DNA of 64,000 nt from Octopus sinensis (taxonomy: Eukaryota). A model generated the notes under the pieces. That model did not search any database and was not told the DNA's origin. It was given only the letters and a program-made list of their open reading frames with translations. The stretch covers positions 51,832,001 through 51,896,000 of the forward strand of contig NC_043007.1 of NCBI RefSeq assembly GCF_006345805.1, given 5' to 3'. This document shows, piece by piece, positions 50,470 to 64,000 of the stretch. How positions within the stretch are numbered: the stretch's first letter is position 1; each line of letters begins with the position of its first letter. A program made the position numbers and the translations under genes.

Positions 50470-51278
50470 CAACAGTAATATTAAGGAATGGCCTTAATAG
50501 GCCATTCAACTCACTAAAACGAGCAGCTAAACTCAAACCGCTAAATAGTAGTAATTCAGAAATCAAAGGAAAATTTAAAACATTTACCCGAATCATCTTT
50601 GGACTATGCATAGTTTCGACATAATTTTGGGCTGCTCGTTTTAGTGAGTTGAATGGCCTATTAAGGCCATTCCTTAATATTACTGTTGAATGTACATTAT
50701 ATAGCCTATTGACTATTTTTTTCTTTCTCACTAGACCGCTGGTGGCGGAAAAATTTCTATTGAATTTTTTGCTACCCTTATATTGATTAATTAATGATTT
50801 TTTTGACTAATTCTGAAATTAAATCAGCAGTCTATATTTGCTGCTGATAAGTTGGCGCGATGACGGTAGATTTTGAAAATTTAGAGTATATATTCCCAAG
50901 GCATCGATGCTGTTGCCTCGTGGAATATTTATTCCTCCTGACTTATTTGCCGATGAGACGGGCCAGTGGTAAATTGACTTGATTAAATTTAATTTAATTT
51001 AATTAGGCTAGTTTGCCAAAAAGTACGTCGAAACTATGCATAGTCCAAAGATGATTCGGATAAATGTTTTTAATTTTCCTTTGATTTCTGAATTACTACT
51101 ATTTAGCGGTTTGAGTTTAGCTGCTCGTTTTAGTGAGTTGAATGGCCTATTAAGGCCATTCCTTAATATTACTGTTGAATGTACATTATATAGTCTATTG
51201 ACTATTTTTTCTTTCTTACTAGACCGCTGGTGGCGGAAAAATTTCTATTGAATTTTTTGCTACCCTTATATTGATTAA
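50470..51278 (+). mobile_element. Non-autonomous Penelope-like/retrozyme-like element: inverted segment, partial direct repeat, internal region, full repeat
   Basis: 50470-50620 is the reverse complement of 51027-~51180. 50631-50790 is directly repeated at ~51120-51278. Contains a hammerhead. Confidence 0.8.
50946..51049 (+). ncRNA. Type-I hammerhead motif with long AU-rich stem II
   Basis: UUUG-CCGAUGA-GACG...CGUC-GAAA-CUAUGCAUA-GUC^CAAA. Stem III is the 12-nt palindrome ACUAUGCAUAGU. Core position 4 is C instead of U. Confidence 0.75.
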
Positions 51279-51732
51279 AATATGTATGTATGTATGTATG
51301 TATATATATATAATCTATAGATAGATAGATAGATAAAAACATGATGCGAAGGATTCAGCGGTACATATGTTTCGGGCCTTTATTAGACAGATTTATAACA
51401 ATGCATAATGTATGTCTGTGGCCTTCTTCAGCCGCGCACAACAGCTTCCACAAGGACATGTGTTACATCAAAAATTCTTGGTTGGGGATGCAAATCCTCT
51501 CATTCGCGTACGACATAATGCGGCAGCAGCATAGAATTGAAGCGTCCATCTCTTTCTTCTCTCAATGTTGAATGAGGAAATTTGGATGTTGAAGTAATGT
51601 AAATAAATAAATACATATATAGACGTGAAGATGGAGGGGCGAGAATTTAGGATGATCAATTTACTCCACCACCTACACCACCAAACGGTATACACAGGTG
51701 CTTATAATTATCAAGTACTCACCCCGAATTTC

Positions 51733-51833
<101 letters not shown>

Positions 51834-51842
51834 ACTTTTCCA

Positions 51843-52222
51843 GGTGTAGGAATGGCTGTGTAGTAAGTAGCTTGCTTACCAACCACATGGTTACGGATTA
51901 AGTCCCACTGCGTGGAACCTTGGACAAGTGTCTTCTACTATAGGCCCGGCCGACAATAGCCTTGTGAGTGAATTTGGTAGACGGAAACTGAAAGAAGCTT
52001 GTCTTATATATATGTGTGGTGGTGCATGTTTATGCGTCTGTGTTTGTCGTCCCAACATCGCTTGACAACCGATGCTGGTTTGTTTACGTCCCCGTAACTT
52101 AGCAGTTCGACAAAAGAGACCGATAGAATAAGTACTAAGAATAATTCCTGGGGTCGATTTGCTCGACCAAATGCGATATTCCAGTATGGCCGCAGTCAAA
52201 TAACTGAAATAAGTAAAAAAAT
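51843..52222 (+). mobile_element. SINE family A, full length
   Basis: Head, body and tail are colinear with 1707-2097. A further 3' half lies at ~61250-61445. Confidence 0.9.
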
Positions 52223-52429
52223 AAATGCATATATGTATATGTGTGTGTGTAATTATGTATATATATATATGTGTGCGTGTGTATGTGTGTATGTATGTAT
52301 GTATGTATATATATATATGTGTGTATGCGTGTGTGTAAAGTTTGTGGATGTACAAGTCTCCATACTCTTTATTATTATTAATATTTATACACACACATAC
52401 ACATATTTATATATGTAGTCGAAAACAAG

Positions 52430-54390
52430 ATCACACTCTCTCACGAAAGGGAAAGAACAGAGAGAAAGAGAAAAAGGCTGTGGAAAGCATTAAAACAAAT
52501 CTCAAAGTTTTCTATAAATTCGCAAAGGAAACAGCTACAAAACAATATAAAATAGGACCATTGTTCCAAGGGAATGACTCACTGATAGCGGACCCAGGAA
52601 GGATAAGTGAGATACTCAGTGAACAATTTAAAAGTGTCTTCACTTCCCCCTTTGGATACCTGCAGATAAAAAATCCGGCTAAATTCTGTAATATTGTAAC
52701 TCTAAAAAAGGAGGTACCAGCCATCGATTACATCAACATTATGAGACAAGTGTAAGAGCGGCCATAGATGAAATTAGCTCATACTCCGCAGCTGGTCCTC
52801 ATGGCTTCTCAGCTATTCTCCTGAAGTCATGTAAGAAGGCTTTAGTGAAACCATTCTAGATAATTTTCCAAAGTGTCCTTGTAAGTGGTATACTTCTTAA
52901 AAAGCTGAAAGATGGCATTAATGCCCTATCCACAAAGATGGAAGCAGATCAGAGGCCAAAAACTACAGGCCAACCTCTCTGACTTCGCATATCAGTAGAG
53001 TCATTGAGCGAATCATCAGAAAGAAGTTGATAATGTTCCTAGAAGAAAATTACCTACTGGACAATACACAACATGGTTTCTATCCAAGAAGAAGAAGCCT
53101 CATACAACTCCTACAACACCATGACTGGGTTTCGAAACAGCTGCTTGACCATTCAGATGTTAGTGTAATATACCTACAAAGGCATTTGATAAGATAGATC
53201 ATTGCATGATAAGTTATAAGCTACAAGACCTTGGCATTGCTGATAAACTAGGAGAGTGGCTGCATGACTTCCTTAAAGACAGACCCAGGTAGTTGCAGCT
53301 AATGGTACCCTTTCTGAGGAAACTCAAATCCTAAGTGGCGTCTCTCAGGGAACTGTTCTGGGGTCATTACTGTCCACAATAGCCTTCTTAGACACGCCCA
53401 CAGTCACTTGGACAGCCACTGTCACTAGTTATGCCAATGATACAAAATTCTGGCAGGCAATAAAAAAAATCAAGATGACATCGCACGCTTACAGCAGGAT
53501 CTGAGTTCGATATACGTGTGGACCGAAATAAACAAAATGCAGTTTAATGCTGGAAAATTTCAAGCACTGCACAACACGAATGCACAACAGCCTGCATATA
53601 CAGGACCCGAAGGCATTGCAATCCCAGAGTCACAGGTAGTATGTGCAATGACGCATCATTTCATGTGCACATTACCAAGGTGGCAGCAAAGTGCAGACAA
53701 CGGCAGGATGGATATTGAGGTCCTTCACGACAAGAGACCAAGAAACTATGTTGACCCTGTGGAAAACTTTGTTCTCAGCCGCCTGGAATCTCAGTTATGG
53801 TCACTACACAGTGCCAAATTAGCAGCGGAGCTTTAAGCAGTCCAATGCCACTACACTAGAAATATTGAAACAGTGAAGCGGGTGATCTATAGGGATAGGC
53901 TGGGAAAACTGTAACTTTACTCCTTGGAGAGAAAGCGTGAGAGATATGCAATAATCTACATATGGAAAAGTCTAGAAGAGCTAGTACCTAATTTCGTCGT
54001 TGAATGTTATACAAATGCCAGAACTACCAAAGGTAGCATCCACTCCATCTAAATTCAGGACCAGGTACTGTAATGGTCTAGGGTTCAAAGGCCCACTGCT
54101 CTTCAATGCCCTGCCACAAAAATTAAGAAATTTACATAAGGTGGAAGTAGATGCCTTCAAAAAGGAATAGACAACCTCTCCACAATACCGGGTGAACCAA
54201 CAGCCCGACATGAGGTGCAGACGAGAGCAGCGGAATCAAACTCCCTTACTCACCAAATAGGCCAACAGTTAGGACAAAGGCACATACAGGAGTGGTGAAG
54301 TGAAATACCCCAGACTGAGGAAATCAGAAAGATCACGGTGGTACTCCACCAGCATGACCGTAGCCACATGGCTGAAACAAGTAAAAGAGT
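52430..54390 (+). pseudogene. CR1-group LINE, older decayed copy
   Basis: IKTNLKVFYKFAK...IGPL...YRPTSLTSHISRVIERII...AFDKIDH...GEWLHDFLKD...MQFNAGKFQAL...YSLERKRERYAIIYIWK. 3' tail ...cagcatgaccgtagccacatggctgaaacaagtaaaagagta. Confidence 0.85.
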
Positions 54391-54428
54391 ATGTTTGTTA
54401 ATATATATATATATATTGTATTATATTA

Positions 54429-54464
<36 letters not shown>

Positions 54465-55039
54465 ATACATACGGGCTCCGATTCCAAGTCAGTCCTCGTT
54501 TCCGATCATCAGCTGATAAACCGAGCCTGGTTTTCTTTTGAAATACCCACTGTCTGAATATTTTTTAAAAATATGAAATGAAAGCTTGAAGAAAACACTT
54601 CCATTTAAAAATATTTGTGAATGGCATGTGCAAAAACGGCTTCTTCAAGTTCGCGCTTTTCATTTTCTCTTCTGATCCACGTGGCAACGTCATGAACTCC
54701 ATTATGAATGAAGTGGTAAAATTACATTGCTGTTTAAGCAATGTTCCAAATTAATGCTTTTAGATAATTAATACCTTTAGATAATACTTTAACATCTTTT
54801 TAAAAAACAATAGATGTGTATATTGGGTATTCATTTTGCATGCGCCTGTGCAGATACATACATATACACATGCGCACTAATATACACACCTTTATATACA
54901 GAATTATACCTTCATCACACATACTTATATATAGACATGCACCCCTCACATATACTCACATATAGACATGCACCCACACATTTTAAAGCATATGTCAATA
55001 AAACCTATTAGTTAAATATTTCGAAACTATCTTTTTTTT

Positions 55040-56345
55040 CTGAACAAGAACGAAATTCAAAGAGGCTTGTATTTGCATAACAGATATATAACCGCCTGCA
55101 TATAATGCGTTAACAGTTCAAATTATTACTACCTTAAGTCAAGATTTTCAATTTTTCGCTCAAACCAAAATCACACTCATCTTTGACTTGAAGCTCCTGT
55201 ACCTGTATGGTTGCGAACTATTTATAATAGACGAAGCAATTTTGAATTTGTGAGGACTTGTGTCAGACACAAACCATATAAACTTCGTCAAAGCCGTAGT
55301 ACAGTTTCTATCAAGGTTGACAAATGAATGTATCTGCTTGTAATAACAGATTTTGAATGTGAGTTCCGTTGCCCAAATGTGTTTTAGGTTGATAATTGCT
55401 ATTTGATTCAGCCTTGGCAGTGTATACTATCGACTTTGCCAGACAGTTACCATCTAGTGGACATTTTTAACGAATTCTGAAGTTGCATGATCTTTGTTGA
55501 CTAGCTGTTTGCATCTCTCTTATGTTGTGTATTCCCAGAGTCTTTTACGTGTCTACTCTTAATAGAAAAACCACAATTTCTAAGCGCCTCAATTGCACCC
55601 ATAAATGCATCTTCAAGATACGTGTTTACTAATATTTTCAATCAAGTTCCTCGGTGTACAAGGTGGGTGATTGGATTGTCTATGCATATATATATTAAGT
55701 TCTCATTTAGTTTTTGCTATGGTCTAAAACTATCCGGTCTTAACGTTGCATCAAGAAAATTAACAGTAATACTAACTTCTATTTCCTGGAATATTTTCCT
55801 AAATCTCTCTAACTTATGACCATTACAATTTCTCGATAGAAAACTACAGTCCATTTCAGGAAATTTTATTCTTAGCAAATTCGGAATATATAACCCTATG
55901 ATTTCACTCACCTGAACTCCATCATATGTTTCCATGGATACGTCGAATAACTCCCGCTTTTCTCAACCCATATGTCGTTATCAAAAAACAGGGGTGATTT
56001 TCTTAAGTACATAATCACGTCAATGTCCGACTCATTAATATTAGTGATTGTTTTTGCGAAATTTAGGGCCTTCAATAACAGAGTTATGAATACAGAAAAA
56101 TAAAAGTCAGCAATGTCAGGTTCCTTTCTCTTTTATTCCCTTAAACTTTTCCAGAACTTCTAAAGTTTTGCACCATAATTTTAATAATGAAGCTGCTTTT
56201 ATTCTGAAAAAGATTTTTTCCAATGTTTTTTTTTTTGTCAACTACCCTTGACTCGGGCTTTGTTGGGTTAATCAATCTACACTTAGGGTTACTCTTGAAG
56301 ATCGCTTAATGGTCCTTCAGCGCTATAAAAGAGGGCTGAGGTGCA
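55040..56345 (-). pseudogene. Penelope-like RT and GIY-YIG, decayed
   Basis: FIALKDH..NPKCRLINP...IADFY...METYDGVQVSEIIGLYI...VNFLDATL...SNHPP...KCPLDGNCLAKSIVY...SEKLKIL. Confidence 0.8.
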
Positions 56346-56413
56346 GGCTCTCTGCCTATGAGTATATGTGCGTATGCGTGTGTCTGCGTACGCATGTAGT
56401 TATGCAAGCATGA

Positions 56414-57105
<692 letters not shown>

Positions 57106-57322
57106 TAGTAATTTGTGGTAAATCATTTTACCTTTGCCCATATAATACAGTAAATGAATTGATTGCATCACAATCATTAACATTTATGTATTAACTTTGT
57201 TGGGTACTTCACTAGCAGTATATTGGATATATGTTATCCCATGGAGGGTTGCATTTACAACCCCTATCTCAATTTGTATATATATATATATATACATATA
57301 TATGCATACATACATATAATAT

Positions 57323-58273
<951 letters not shown>

Positions 58274-59244
58274 CTTTGAACTGCTAACACATCACACCTT
58301 AGCGCCTTCATTCTGTATTTTAATTACGGTGAGACTCCGTCTAGTGCAACTAGTCATAGTAAGATGACAGGAATAACATAAAAGAGACCTAATGAGTCAC
58401 GGAAACAAACGAGGTGACGGAATTAATAAATAAATAATTATCCCAAATTCTGACTACCTCCGTTTTCTTTATATAGAGAGAGAGAGAAAGAGGGGGGAAT
58501 GAAGGCGTGTGGCTCAGGGGTTAGGGTGTTGGGCTCTCAATCGGTCGTAGGTTTGAATTGGTTACCATGTTGTGTCCTTGATCAAAGTACGTCATTTCAT
58601 TTTGAAAATGAGAAGCAGCCAGATGCTGCCACAACCTTCTCTACCACAAGTTATTAAATTCCTCTGGGTCACGGATGAAAAGTCTGACAGTGTGCTCTCG
58701 AATTCAGTGACATCTAAAACAACCAGCGAAATTGTTGTACAATCTAGCAGGTCATATTTGCTCGCGAATAACGATGAAACATGTACAAATACACGCATGC
58801 ACGCACACACGGGTCGTTGATTAAATAACGAACTGATAGGAGTGATCACTTGTGGAAGATGGATGATATACCCTTTTACTGAATAATTAACTACTATAAT
58901 GGCCCCTGTATTTGCCAAACTTTCTAACCCACCGCATTACCCACTGCTGTCTTACAGCATGTTTCTTATGGTCTAGCTCGTCTCCAGAAAGACAAACAGC
59001 AGAATGAGTTATCGAGGAAGCCTGTGTTCGGTCGCTCAACATTTAAGAAATAGCAGTCAAATTTCTCTCCAATAAAACTGCACCCTCCCAAAAAAGGGAG
59101 GACGTGTTGAACAATGTAAACTTAGATACACGTACAAATGGACAGATGCATTTGATGAAGTTGGTCATAGTAAAATTGTGCCACCGATTGAAAATTTGCT
59201 TATTTAGCGATAAATTGTTTTTCATTAATAAATTCCAGAATATA

Positions 59245-59300
<56 letters not shown>

Positions 59301-60211
59301 GTGTACCCACCCCTGTATAAATTAATCTGATACACAATATTTCCCTGACCATAATCCGTACTCCAGCAATCGAGACATAATAACGCCAAAGACTCGTTCA
59401 TTAATGTCCTCCTCTTCCGGTAAACATAAAATCAAAAACAAGCAAAAGAAATTGGCTGAAAATCTTTTCCGTTTCGTTCTTTGCAGACGCTACTGTGACT
59501 CAAATTTCTGATCCTAAACCCATGCCGCATTTCTAATCTTTTTCTTATCTTCGTTCTCTACTAAAAGGCAAAAGAAACTTATCTGTAGGCAACACTGCTT
59601 TTATTGGTGGATCCTTGCTGTCCTTTATCTAAAGAAAGCTTTTAACAGTTGAGTATCAGGTGCATAAAACAGCTTGTTTTATATTCTTGGCACGTCGCAG
59701 TAAAATTTTTCTGAAACTCTTGTGGAAGTTATTTTTATAGTCAACTTCGTTTCCTAGCTTTATATTTGTATTCATATTGTTTTTTTTTCTTTTATCCGAT
59801 CTTTAACGATAACCATTGTCTCATTCTCTTTTTTTTTATATATACATACATATATATTTTATAATATTGTCATGATGTTTATATCAATACTATCACCAAC
59901 ATGAAAGTTTGGCGGGAACCACAAAACCACATAGATAATAAGTAACGTGACAACATAAATAATATCGCAATGTTATCTTCCTGAGAACTTCTATCACCTG
60001 TAGTATATTGCAAACATCTTTGCCAAGACATCATGTTTACTGTTTCCAGAGATGTAATATACTTTATATACATTTTATTGTATTCTGTGTTAGATCCCAA
60101 GTATATTCTACTTGGATTGAACGCAGTAGCATGAGATACAGGTACAAAAGTAGATACCGAAAAGTGTCTAGCGATTTCACTTATCAGTAGACTTTATTCA
60201 CATCTTATATG

Positions 60212-60282
<71 letters not shown>

Positions 60283-60290
<8 letters not shown>

Positions 60291-60549
60291 ATCACGTGAC
60301 CGACCAGACCATCAGATGTTGTTACATATCGCTGGTCACAATGCGTTCGCATTGTTTTAGCCTTCGAATGACGCCACCCCGCTGGCTAAGCGAGCAGGCC
60401 AACAGAAGAAAGAGTGGGAGAAAGAGTGGTGAAAGAGTACAGCAGGCGTTTTCGCTCAATAAACACACACAACGCCCGGTCAGGGAATCGAAACCGCGAT
60501 CCTGCGACCGCGAGTCCGCTGCCCTAACAACTAGGCCATTGCGCCTCCA
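60283..60549 (-). mobile_element. tRNA-headed SINE (family D) with a (CACGTGAT)n tail
   Basis: Minus strand: ggaggcgcaatggcctagttgttagggcagcggactcgcggtcgcaggatcgcggtttcgattccc (A/B boxes). Confidence 0.8.
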
Positions 60550-60805
60550 CACACACACACACACACGCACACACACATATATATATATATATATGTATGT
60601 AAATAGGTGAATGAACTATCCTATGTTTATCGTCAGCATGGAAAATTCGTTGAACCGATACCAGGGTAGCAAATTCACGTCAGAAACACGGTTGAAGCGA
60701 CCTGTCCAAGGGTAGAAACTCCGGGTTCGTGTGCAGAAATTTGTGTGTTGTATATGAATAAATGAAAGAATGAAGTCGAACGAAGATGTTAACAAAATTC
60801 CTTTA

Positions 60806-60889
60806 CTCTCAACATATGTTTCGAAGACAACATGGTTTCATTCCAAAGGAATAAAGGGTGCATTATGCAATCTTCTCATCAGGAAAGAA
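60806..60889 (-). ncRNA. Type-I hammerhead ribozyme motif (GUU site)
   Basis: CUUUC-CUGAUGA-GAAGA...UCUUC-GAAA-CAUAU-GUU^GAGAG. Confidence 0.82.
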
Positions 60890-61032
60890 GAGGAGCCTCT
60901 CTCGACAAGACAAACAAAAATTTCGATGACTGCCTACATGGTAAACAAAACGATAATGAGTGTTTTCGTTTTGTTTACCATGTAGGCAGTCATCGAAATT
61001 TGTGTTTGCCTTGTTGTCGAGAGAGGCTCCCC

Positions 61033-61118
61033 TTCTTTCCTGATGAGAAGATTGCATAATGCACCCTTTATTCCTTTGGAATGAAACCATGTTGTCTTCG
61101 AAACATATGTCGAGAGAA
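61033..61118 (+). ncRNA. Type-I hammerhead ribozyme motif (GUC site), fully canonical core
   Basis: UUCUUUC-CUGAUGA-GAAGA...UCUUC-GAAA-CAUAU-GUC^GAGAGAA. 7-bp stem I, 5-bp stem II base, palindromic ACAUAUGU stem III. Predicted cut after 61111. Confidence 0.88.
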
Positions 61119-61166
61119 AAGGAATTTTGTTAACATCTTCGTTCGACTCCATTCTTTCATTTATTC

Positions 61167-61201
<35 letters not shown>

Positions 61202-61442
61202 TGTATGTATGAAGGTAGGTAGGTAGGTATCTGTATATATGTATATATCTATGTGTGCGCGTCTTTGTGCCTGTGTTTGTCCCCCATCACCAGTTGACAA
61301 CCGGTGTCGGTGTCTTTACATCCCCGGTTCGGCAAAAGAGACTGATGGAATAAGTACTAGGCCTTAAAAGAAAAAAGTCCTGGGATTGGCTTCAAGGTGG
61401 TGCTCCAACATAGCTGCAGTCAAATGAATGAAACGAATAAAA

Positions 61443-61490
<48 letters not shown>

Positions 61491-61877
61491 TATATATGGA
61501 GGCAACTATGCGGATAAACAAATTAACTATAACAACTTGGGTTTGATATACAATGTGTGTGTGTGTGTGTGTATGTGTGTGTGTGTGTGTGTGTGCCGAA
61601 AGAAAACAAAGACTGAAGATTTTCAGACGATGAATATTTAAGTATATGTAGATATTTATATATTAATTGATCAAACTCACACAAAGTACAAAAGACACAG
61701 AAAATTAAAGGGGAAAAGGTAAGGTGTTGTAAGTCCAACAGATGTTTCTGGTGGCTCGGAGATCCATCATAATGTTGGTAGATGTAGTTCACCAAAATAT
61801 ACCGCCAGTAATGCAAGCAGATAAACATTGGGCCTCCATCATCAGGATAAAAATATTACATTTCAGATCATGTATGT

Positions 61878-61924
<47 letters not shown>

Positions 61925-62395
61925 TGTGTGCGTGTGTGTCTGCACTACCACTCTATCAAGCAACACCAGTACAACTCATCTATTTCCCTCTCTCTCTCTC
62001 TTTCTTTCTCTTTGACGAAGAGTTTCCATCTGAAACGTTAGCATATACTACTTTCGCATGGCAAAATAATTTATTCCATTTGTTCAACATTTCACTCCTC
62101 TAAATGGTGTCCCCTACTATTTTAAGGAATAAAATTTCACGCGCAGGCATACTTTGACTGTTTAAAGTCCAATTACGGAATCTATATATCTGTGTTATAG
62201 AACAAACAACTCTGGAAAAGTGGTTGCGTGTTGTGTGGGTATGAGTGTGCGAGTATATGTAAATTTGTATGTATACGTGCGTGTTCGTTTATGTACATGT
62301 GTGGATAAGAGCATACTGTAACATGAATGTTTATGATCCCAAACCGAAATATTTAAATAAGATAATTGACATTCGTACTATATATATATATATAT

Positions 62396-62601
62396 AACTA
62401 AAAATAAGGGTGTCTGAGAGACACCACCATGCCGAAATAGCAGTCAAATCCCTGACTCTAAAAACCACGTTAAATGTTCATATCGCACCATGAGATAAGA
62501 ACATTTAACGTGCGATATGAACATTAACGTGATTTTTAGAGTCAGGGATTTGACTGCTATTTCGGCGTGGTGGTGTCTCTCAGACACCCTTATTTTTAGT
62601 T
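62396..62601. repeat. Fold-back element (~92-bp arms, 21-bp spacer)
   Basis: Arms at 62396-62488 and 62510-62601, next to (TA)n. Confidence 0.9.
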
Positions 62602-62679
62602 GTAAAAAATATTACCTTTGTATGGTATTTTTCCCATGCTGGCCACTTGATAATATCGATATTATCCTTATTTATAATT

Positions 62680-62764
<85 letters not shown>

Positions 62765-62984
62765 ACATGTATATATTTATTGTGTTTGTTCCCTTGTGCG
62801 TCTATATGCATATATATAAACATACAAAATATACATGTATGCGTGTGTGTGTGTGAGTGAGTGCACGCATACATATATACATATATGATATGTACATACA
62901 CACACATACACATATGCATATATCACATATATCCACTAGACACAGGCATTACATAATGTTGTAAAAGGGGAATCGAATACATGT

Positions 62985-63245
62985 AGTTATGTGTACAATT
63001 CAAATAACTGATAACCTCATCATGTCCACTTTCTTCATTGCCCGCAACCTACGTTTTTCTCATTTCACTTTTTCTCACTTTTCTTCTTTCTCTTCAATCC
63101 GGTTCTCGCCAAGTCATACTATGTCAGTTATCAGGCATGATTTTTCTTCTACAACAATGTCAGGTTTCCCATGTTTAATCTAATAGTTACACAGGATTTT
63201 GCAATTCTCATTCTCAGTAACTCCTTCTGAGATTTGATTATGCCG
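62985..63245 (-). pseudogene. R4/Dong-like endonuclease relic
   Basis: EGVTENENCKIL...HGKPDIVVEEKSCLITDI..GENRIEEKEEK. Confidence 0.6.
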
Positions 63246-63316
63246 CTTTGATCTTTATTATTATCATCATCATCATCACCATCATCATCATTATCATTAT
63301 TATTATTATTATTATA

Positions 63317-63381
<65 letters not shown>

Positions 63382-63409
63382 GATTATTATTATTATTATT
63401 ATTATTGCC

Positions 63410-64000
63410 TTTACACAGCTTCTAACGTTGGATATGTACTACAGTGTCAGCTGTTCACTAGTAGTGAACTAAGGTTCACTTATTTTTCGAGCACCTTCCG
63501 GAGTATTCGAGCAGTTCCAAGCAATGCTGTTGTCTGCAAGTGCTCCACCCTTATTGCATCCCCTATTTATTCCACTTACTTCTCGAGATTTTTGCTCACT
63601 TCCCAGGGCTCCGACATTTATTGGTACTACTGCTACCTTTTTCATCGACCAAAACTGCTTAACTTCCCAAGCTAACCTGTCACATCTCTCAACTTTTCTT
63701 TCTTCTTTATCGCATGCCTTGTTGTCAGCTGGGAATGCTATATCAATGATCCACCATAGTTTGTTTTCTTTCTCAATTAAGAGAAATGGTCGCACTGGAT
63801 CATAAAATCCCATAGGATCTTTGCATTTCTATTTTCGACGATGCCTTCAGGTTTGTGGTCGTGCCAATTTTTTCCTCTGTCAAGGCCATACTTGTTGCAG
63901 AGTGTCCAATGGACAAGCCTGGCTATATTGTTGTGGCGTCTCTTATATTCCTTCTGGGCTAGTGGCGTACATTGGCTGTTAATATGCCATACGGTTTCAC
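63410..64000 (-). pseudogene. R4/Dong-like non-LTR element 3' end (CCHC zinc finger and restriction-like endonuclease)
   Basis: ETVWHINSQCTPLAQKEYKRRH...EGIVEN.NAKILWDFMIQCDH...IIDIAFP...VVPINVGALG. The 3' end abuts the (ATT)n tract at ~63250-63405. Confidence 0.8.

Larger units (their letters stand above)
60751..61171. mobile_element. Palindromic element (~203-bp arms, 12-bp spacer) with a hammerhead in each arm
   Basis: Arms at 60751-60953 and 60966-61171. The ORF track shows near-identical peptides on opposite strands. Confidence 0.92.

Noticed and set aside
54495-54525. Minus-strand CTGATGA-TCG-GAAAC
   Set aside because: No stem II and no UH cleavage site.
62431-62442. GCCGAAATAGCA resembles the tRNA-Phe 5' end (11 of 12 nt)
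   Set aside because: No further tRNA structure follows, and gaaatagcag(t/c)caaa recurs in other repeats here (~30560, ~59047). Treated as coincidence.
62416-62455. CTGAGAGA...GCCGAAA...GTC as a hammerhead
   Set aside because: Core spacing is wrong and neither stem I nor stem II pairs.

Overview
Eukaryotic, AT-rich, microsatellite-dense DNA with no supportable host-gene exon. The SINE families and repeat landscape look like a coleoid cephalopod, probably Octopus; this is inference from pattern recognition, not a database search. The window is almost entirely transposon-derived. It holds tRNA-headed SINEs; CR1-, RTE-, Tx1- and R4/Dong-like LINE relics; at least five Penelope-like (RT/GIY-YIG) relics; mariner, pogo/Tigger and Chapaev3-like DNA transposons; and one structurally complete 3,973-bp LTR retrotransposon (25290-29262, 5-bp TSD GTGAC) nested in a Penelope-like element. 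Two things stand out. (1) The LTR element has no TGG-type primer-binding site. The 12 nt directly after its 5' LTR (AGCTATTTCGGC) are the exact reverse complement of the first 12 nt of metazoan cytosolic tRNA-Phe, suggesting priming by a 12-nt 5' tRNA fragment. (2) About nine type-I hammerhead-ribozyme motifs with palindromic stem III occur here, two with a compensatory U3-A8 core. Several sit in long fold-back elements, including a 421-bp palindrome with an intact hammerhead on each strand. Coordinates were counted by hand and ends of decayed elements are approximate.
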